Positions 56,351 through 64,000 of a stretch of DNA of 64,000 nt are shown here, one piece after another (the stretch's first letter is position 1; every line of letters starts with the position of its first letter). The notes below the pieces were generated by a model that saw nothing but the letters and a program-made list of their open reading frames with translations, had not been told where the DNA came from and did no database searches. The DNA comes from the human T2T-CHM13v2.0 reference genome, Homo sapiens. Both the position numbers and the translations under genes were made by a program. Location of the stretch: NCBI RefSeq assembly GCF_009914755.1, contig NC_060929.1. One strand, written 5' to 3'.

Positions 56351-56578
56351 CTTATTTGTGCGGAGAAGAAACGGATCTCTTAATGGGGTGAGATTTTTCC
56401 TCCGTACATTGTTCCCATTTCCGCAGTTTCACTTGGCCTCGGTTTTCTAGCAGAGTAATCACCAAATGAAATTAGCTGGAGAGCGTTTGATGGCGCAGAA
56501 TCACGGTCTGAAGATGTTTACGCTGTATGCCGGACGCGTTTGATGGTGTTCTCTTCGGCACAATTAATTTTGCAAAGT

Positions 56579-56638
56579 TCAGAAATGTGCCAGACAGAGC
56601 CCCTGGCACGCAGTCAGGACTCTACAGACACACCTTGA
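56579..56638 (-). ncRNA. MIR3650: MIR3650 precursor hairpin (mature 56617-56635)
   Basis: Minus strand UCAAGGUGUGUCUGUAGAGUCCUGACUGCGUGCCAGGGGCUCUGUCUGGCACAUUUCUGA folds back imperfectly and contains the recalled miR-3650 mature sequence AGGUGUGUCUGUAGAGUCC. Confidence 0.8.
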
Positions 56639-57099
56639 GTAGGAAACAGGCTTGTTTGTTTCATCTGTGATTTATGTGATGCACCAGCACCAAGGCCAAC
56701 GTGTTTTTTAAAGACCTTTCGATGAAACTCCAAAGCAATTTATAAATTGGCAAAATGAAGCTTGTTTTGTAAAATAACTCTTCCTTGTTGATCATGTAAT
56801 TAAATGGGCAACAAAACACCTGAAAGGACATTTACTGAAAAGTAGACTCCCAAAACAAAAATATGTATTTCACAGCTAGATACGGTCGCTATTAGCGTCC
56901 TAATGGCCAACTCCATCCATGTGCGTATTTTGAACACTAAAAACGCCTCCTGTTACCCCTAAGACCTTGTTTGGATAACATTTTTCTATTATAAGTACTC
57001 GAAACCAACCCCATTTAAGATGTTTACCCTTATTCTTGAGTCCTTGATGGTTTGGGAAATTTATCATTATTCATATTGCACAATCCTGTCACTGTCTTT

Positions 57100-57361
57100 T
57101 CCATTAGGCACAGTGCCTAAGGTCCACAATATTTTTAGAGGCCCACAAAAAATATTTTAATTTCTTTTCAAATCAGAAGGAAAAAAAATTTAGGTTTAAG
57201 AAAGTTTTTTAATATATATTAATATATTTGTTTTTGTGCTAATACAATCTTAAAATGTATGTATATATGTGTGTGTGTATATGTATATATATTTTAATGG
57301 AGTAAGGGGCTCAACGAAGGCAAAAAGGCCTAGAGCCCAAGAAAAACATGATGTGGCCCTG
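57100..57361. mobile_element. hAT-type MER (MER96B-like) relic
   Basis: cagtgcctaaggtccac..gaggcccac..aggcaaaaaggcctagagccc..tgtggccctg internal repeated motif. Confidence 0.45.
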
Positions 57362-57644
57362 TTGCCTGGGGTTGAAAAATCCCATTCCATGAGAAGAATT
57401 TAGTTTTAAGAATATTACATAAAATGCTCATTTCTGTGGCCTTGCTATAATAGAAAGATGGAGATTCAGAGTAGTGATAATGGCTAACATCCACCTGATA
57501 CACACCATGTGTCCATTACCTCTTAATCCTCACAGCACACCTGTGAAATAGGTACTATTCTCACACTTAGGGGGTAATGCAGGTTTTGTGGGGCCTGCAA
57601 TTTATGCAATTTGGGTGGTCCTCTTAAAGAAAAAGCAAATACTG

Positions 57645-57992
57645 TGTATTAGTCCGTTCTCACACTGCTATAAAGAACTGCGCGAGACTGGGTAATTTAT
57701 AAAGGAAAGAGGTTTAATTGACTCACAGTTCCACATGGCTGGGGAGACCTCAGGAAACTTAACAATCGTGGTGGAAGGAGAAGCAAGTACCTTCTTCACA
57801 AGGAAGCGGAAAGAATTGTGAGCGGAGGAACTTGCCAAACACAAAACCGTCAGATCGCGTGAGAATTCAGTTACTATCACGAGAACAACACGGGAAAACT
57901 GTCCCCATAATCAAGTCATTTCTCTCCCTAACAAGTGAGGATTACAATTCAAGATGAGGTTTGGGTAGGAACACAAAGCCTGACCCTATCCC
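57645..57992 (-). mobile_element. THE1 (THE1D/MSTA-like) MaLR solo LTR
   Basis: tgtattagtccgttctcacactgctataaag..gactgggtaatttataaaggaaagaggtttaattgactcacagttcc..gattacaattcaagatgag.tttgggt..gaacaca. Confidence 0.9.
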
Positions 57993-59647
57993 ACAGCATG
58001 TCCAGGCTGCCCTAGCACCACCCAATAGAAGGGAAAATGGCAGAGGGAAAGTCCTAGTGGAAAGAGACCTCAGTCTCAGCTAATTGTGGTGACAATATAT
58101 TGCTTTTGCAAATTGTACATAAACATATGACCAGGTGAATGTATCGCCAAGGCTCCTGCCAAGGCCTGGGATGGAGGCCTAGAGAAGATGCCCGAAAGTT
58201 TATGCTGTGTGAGCTTCACAGAAGACCTGCCTTCCATGTATACCCATTTTACAGGTAAGAAATTTAGGGATTTGCCACAGCTTCTAAGGAACACCACATT
58301 CCTTACACCATACTGAGGTACAATTTGAAGAGTTGCGGTATACGCACTGTTTCGTGAGGAAAAACGGAGTTTCTGTAACAAAGCAAGAGCTTTAAAAATA
58401 TGTTAGCAATATTTGACCAGGCCATAACCCAGCTTGGGGCACCTGACTGCTGTCTGTGCTGTCAAGAATAAATTTTTCTTATCTGTTGTATAAAAATCTG
58501 AATTAATCCATATGGACTCCTGAAGGAATTTCAGCTCAATTTCAAGTCTCATGGATTGAGACTATTTTTACTTACTTTGTCATAGACCAGTCTGTGTTGT
58601 AAATTCTAATTTATATAATATTTACTTTTTGCAATTTCATGAAGTGTTGCAAAATAAGTATCAGAACAAGAACGTACTTTGTTTGATGCTTATATTGCAT
58701 AATACAACGAGCCTTATCTCCATAAGTGTTTGTTGAATAAATAAAATAATGAAACAGAGTAAGTCACAAAACTGAAGTAAAAGTGTAGGTTTTGTCACAA
58801 GCTAAAATTGAATGGGACTGAAGTAGCAAAATGTTGAGCTGTAAGTACTTGCTGGATAAGCAGAATTGACTTCTTAGTTAATTATTTTGTGCTAAACGTC
58901 TGTGATCTTCTTCCCAGCTACTGGCTCTTCTTTCTGTTTTTGTTTTGATAATTTATTTTCTTTTTTGTAAATGCTATTGCATTTGAAATGCATCATTATA
59001 TAATAATGTTTAAATGAAACAAAAATCATAGTCACACCTGTAATGAAAGTTCTGGAAATGAAACGCTTTGTTTTTTGAACAGATCAATTACTCACAGAAA
59101 CAGCAACCTTGAGTTGATGGTGGTTTTTTCATTAAATCACCTACATCTTGACCCTTAAACAGGCTTCTCTATGTGTGATCTAATATATATAGTGTTTATC
59201 AGTCAGCAGGAGAAGATATGGCTGTGTTCCTGGAATAAATTTTGGAAGCAAAAAAAAAAACATTCTACAAATTAAGCATAGTTTATTAACCGGTGAATAA
59301 TTGAAATGAGTGAAACTTTTTTTCATTTTAAGCCTGACTGATAAATGTAGACTTAAATTGGTTTATTTTTGAGCACAGTGTTGGACAAGATTCAAAACTT
59401 TAATTATATCCCTGTAACATGAAGACATTTGAGAGTAATCAGATAATTTTCTCTAGATTTTATGTTCTTTACCCAAAGTGGTTTGGAATGCTATTTGAGA
59501 GACATGAAAAATATGACAAAGACCATCAAAAATAGTATCTGCTCAAAATTCTGTTTAGGATATTCTCTTTTAGATGCAATGATTTCAGGGTGCTATGTCA
59601 AGTAATTTGATAAATTATATCTCTAGCTTGGCCCCAACAGGATTGCA

Positions 59648-59678
<31 letters not shown>

Positions 59679-59972
59679 GTTTTTTTTTTTTTAGGCAGAG
59701 TCTTGCTCTGTCGTCCAGGCTGGAGTGCAGTGGTGCAATCTCGGCTCACTGCAACCTCCGCCTCCCAGGTGCAAGCAATTATCTGCCTCAGCCTCCTGAG
59801 TAGCTGGGATTACAGGTGTCCGCCACCACGTCTGGCTAATTTTTTTGTATTTTTAGTAGAGACAGGGTTTCACCATCTTGGCCAGGCTGGTCTTGAACTC
59901 CTGACCTCATAATCCACCCACCTCGGCCTCCCAAAGTGTTGGGATTACATGCATGAGCCACCACGCCCAGCC
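59648..59972 (-). mobile_element. AluS element with (TTTTG)n tail
   Basis: (ttttg)n poly-T then cagagtcttgctctgtcg.ccaggctgg.. to gagccaccacgcccagcc. Confidence 0.95.
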
Positions 59973-62900
59973 TGTCTTTTGTTTATTTATACCGTGCCTT
60001 CTTCCAAAAGGGACTTAAGGTGGTTTATTTACAATGAAAGACAAATATTTTTTAAAAAAGAAAAGTTGAAATTCTGGCTGAGACAAACAATAGTATTTGA
60101 GCATAAAACTGAGCCCAAGCTTCCTCATAGCAGTGAAATAGGGGAAATGAAGGTTTGCATAGCTCTCATTGTCAAGTGGAAGGAGTCCTACAGTTTCATC
60201 AGGAGAAAGCCTTTCCTGACCCAGTCTCTGGGAAGAATTTGTCTTAAGGGTACTTACCTGAGCGATACTCACATATCCAAGTTAAGAGGGACACTACACA
60301 ACAATTTTGGCTATCTTTTGGTGGCATACAGAGCTAATTTTTTTTCTGGTGATTAACTTGAACATTGCTATTGTTGAAAGTAAGTAGTGAGACTCTTACT
60401 GTGGTTGTTTCGTTTTTGTTTTTGTTTTCCCTAGCCTTTGAAGTGAAGCCAATGATGTAAAATCAAGTCTTGGTTTTCCTAGTTTCCTTCTCTATAAAAA
60501 GGGCTTATTAAAAGTACCTACCTCGTAGGGTTGTAGAGATGACAAAATGAGTTAATTCCTATCAAACCACTTATTGCTATATCAAATTTACTGTAGCTTT
60601 CCTCAGCCAAGGTATATATATCTATTTTTTCCTCCCCTCTTAGAAGTTGTCTTATTGTAGACCATCTGAAATCCCTTTTGGAAGGATGCATGTGTATGTG
60701 CCTGACACAAAGTAAGCAATAAATATTTGCTGTGAATGTTATCGTTATTATAATTTCTACTACCACTCCTAAGTCTATCAAAGCTTTGGGAGTAGGAGTG
60801 ATGGTGAGGCAGTTCTAGCCTCCAATTGTCCTTGCAAAGTAAAGCTTAGAGAATTATGAGGAGTAAATTGGTATCACTGAGATACCCATAAAGCAGTCAT
60901 TTTCCCTTTGGTTCCATTGTATTGTTTACCATCACCTCCTGTCCTCTATGACTTCACTTCATTGTTTAATTTGAAGAACATGAAGTAAGAACACTTTCCC
61001 CCGATACACTAACATTTGCTTAACTCCCTGGGTCTTGGAGACCTCTTATACTCTTGGGAGGCTAAATGGCACAGCTGTTAAAGCCAACTCCCTGAGCCAA
61101 AAGCCTAGTGTTGGGGATCGTGGGAGCACCGCAAATGTGAAGACAGCCAGTGACAGGAGGGAGGGAGACAGCCCTACCAAACCCTCTCTTTCCCGAGTGA
61201 ACTCTGTCCATCCCCTCTGCTCTGCCCCTCTCCATATGGTTGGTCCCAATTAACTTCCATCTGATTGGAATCTTCGTTTCACATTCTTACTCTTCCTCTC
61301 CTTAAGGAATCTTATTGTTTCCCTTCTTGCCTCTCCCATCTTCTTTTCCGCCTCCGTCTTCACGTATACCTCACTTCTTAGCCATTGAGCCTCCATCCCT
61401 TTACCTCTTCCTTTTGACTTCCTGAGCATTCTCCTCTGTCCCTGCTTTTCTTTCTGTCCCCTTATTCTTATATTCTTATTCTTAGCTGTTGACCAGAGTC
61501 ATTTAGGGAGGCAAAGCAAAACATTTAAATTGATGCTACCTTCTTTCTTATAGCCCATCGTACATCCAGAATACTGAGCTAATATTCTCAATTAAGCTAA
61601 TGGATCCCACAAAAAAGCAATTTACTCCCTTTTGAGTGGTGATATTAAGCCCATTATTGAATGTATTCCTATGCTACTGCACTCAGTGCGTTGCCAGAGG
61701 CATCTTGTGCAGATGGAGAAAGAAGCCAAAAGATTAAGGGATTGAGCTGAGGTCCAGCCAGGGGTGGTGGAGTGGTTCAAAATTGAACTCAAATTCCTTA
61801 AATCCTTGAATATATTATTCTAAATATTGCACTTAATCCACCACCTTCAATATTATGTACAAAACCAAAAAACCTAAAACTGCAGGGGTGAATTTTTCTT
61901 TCCAGTTTCTGACTGTGAAGAATTTTCAGTGGTTACACATTTGCCAATAGGCATAATTCAAGGTCTCTGAAACACTGGGTAGCTGAAAAATAACTAGTCA
62001 GTTAAATAATTAATTTAAATAACAGTAATATCCCCAGGGTTTTCTTCGGGTACCTAATCTGGAACACTGCCTGGGTCTCATATTGGGAAAACAAAAGTGG
62101 CCATCACTATGGCAGCTCTGGCAAACAGGGACATTTCTGTGGATGGTGTTTCTACTGGAATTTAAGGTAACTGAGGACGCCACTCTCAAAGGGAAAGTCT
62201 GCAGCTTGGAATTTTTTTTCTGTGACACGCCCAAGAAATCTTGTGTTTCAGGCTATTTTGTTCCCAGGGTCTTGGACTTGAAGGGCTGACAGAAACCTTT
62301 CCACTACCCTAATCAATGTAGTATCCCACTCAAATGTGAGTTCACATAGAATTCCATTCTACCTACCCAAGTAGTCTTGACCTGGACTATACCAATTAGT
62401 CTAACCTTACTGGGTTTTTTCTTAACTCTAGAAAAGAGAAACATAGCTGTGCAGGTGACTCTCAGGTTGGGAGATTAATATTAATTGGTTATTAACATAA
62501 AGAGTCCCCATGCTAGGCACTTTCTCTGTGTTTTATATATGTAGATATTAGTCTCACTTTACAGGTGAAGAGACCAAAGCTCAAAGGAGTAAAATAACAA
62601 AGATATGAATGCACCAGTCTGTTTAATTCCAAAGTCATCATAATTTATAATGATTTAGAAGATGTTGGCTAAAAGTGGGGCTCAGAATTCATAATCACTA
62701 GAAAACATTGAACATTTATTAAGCACTTACGGCATGCCAGGTACTGTGTACCAACTCAGCCCATCCTCCCTACAATCCTGCAAGTTACAGGGAGGGCTGT
62801 CATCTCCATTTACAAATCAGGCAAAGAGGTTCACTAACTTGCCAAAGGCCACACGGTTACTGACAACAGTGTGATTCAAACCATGGCAGTCTGGCTCCAA

Positions 62901-63312
62901 AGCCCACACTCCTCATTCCTGAACGCTATGTTCCACTTCAGTGCTGGCCACTGAACCTTCTCCTGCCACTTCTAGTTTCAGGAGCTTCACTAGGATCTCA
63001 CCTACACCGTAGTGCCGCTGTGAGTGAGGCTTTGACAAAGTTGGGTTTTGACTGAGTGCTGTCAAAGGCTCTTCTCAACCCAAAGGACATGCTCTGAATT
63101 CTGTCTCTCTTTAGTCCAAATGGCTCCTGTCCTTTGTCTCTGTAGGGTTGAATCTAACTCTTTCTCTCCTGCATTCCTGTTTCAGATTGTATTGCTAGTT
63201 GAGATAGAGACTTGCTCTTTCCTTCGGGTGTTGTTTGAGTGCAGAATTGTGTCTCTGTAGGATCAGCCCATCCCCCTTCCCCACACTACTCTTCTGCTTT
63301 GAGACCCCATGA

Positions 63313-63699
<387 letters not shown>

Positions 63700-63752
63700 T
63701 AGACACTTCCATTGGCTTTAGAGAGTGTTATTTTTGTCTCCATTGGATTTAG

Positions 63753-64000
<248 letters not shown>

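Noticed and set aside
62191-62220. NF-kB-like GGGAAAGTCT and GGAATTTTTT
   Set aside because: Both deviate from GGGRNNYYCC; chance matches are likely.

Overview
Human (primate) genomic DNA containing the 5' half of LIFR (leukemia inhibitory factor receptor, class I cytokine receptor of the gp130 family) on the minus strand. I traced a non-coding first exon in a CpG-island promoter (~55.2-56.35 kb) and ten coding exons (2-11, 1600 coding nt, about aa 1-534) with GT-AG boundaries and consistent phases. They encode the signal peptide, cytokine-binding module 1 (WSDWS), the Ig-like domain and cytokine-binding module 2 (WSKWS); the gene continues beyond the left edge. The MIR3650 hairpin lies just upstream of the island, and the divergent lncRNA LIFR-AS1 is expected there from prior knowledge. 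The rest is intronic or intergenic with Alus, L1, L2/MIR, MaLR LTRs, Tigger/MER DNA transposons and microsatellites; repeat subfamily calls are from recalled consensus sequences, not a database search. I see no evidence of a wholly novel biological system. The best leads are: (1) an Alu-bracketed, 609-nt, stop-free exon 8-11 cassette that could form an infinite-ORF circRNA; (2) the 580-nt exon 2-5 circle, whose back-splice junction creates a stop and a 188-aa ORF; (3) a strong-Kozak M-A-R uORF; (4) a (TG)14 tract at the exon 3 acceptor; (5) two local duplications, one resembling a templated insertion; (6) a CpG-retaining THE1 LTR co-oriented with the gene.
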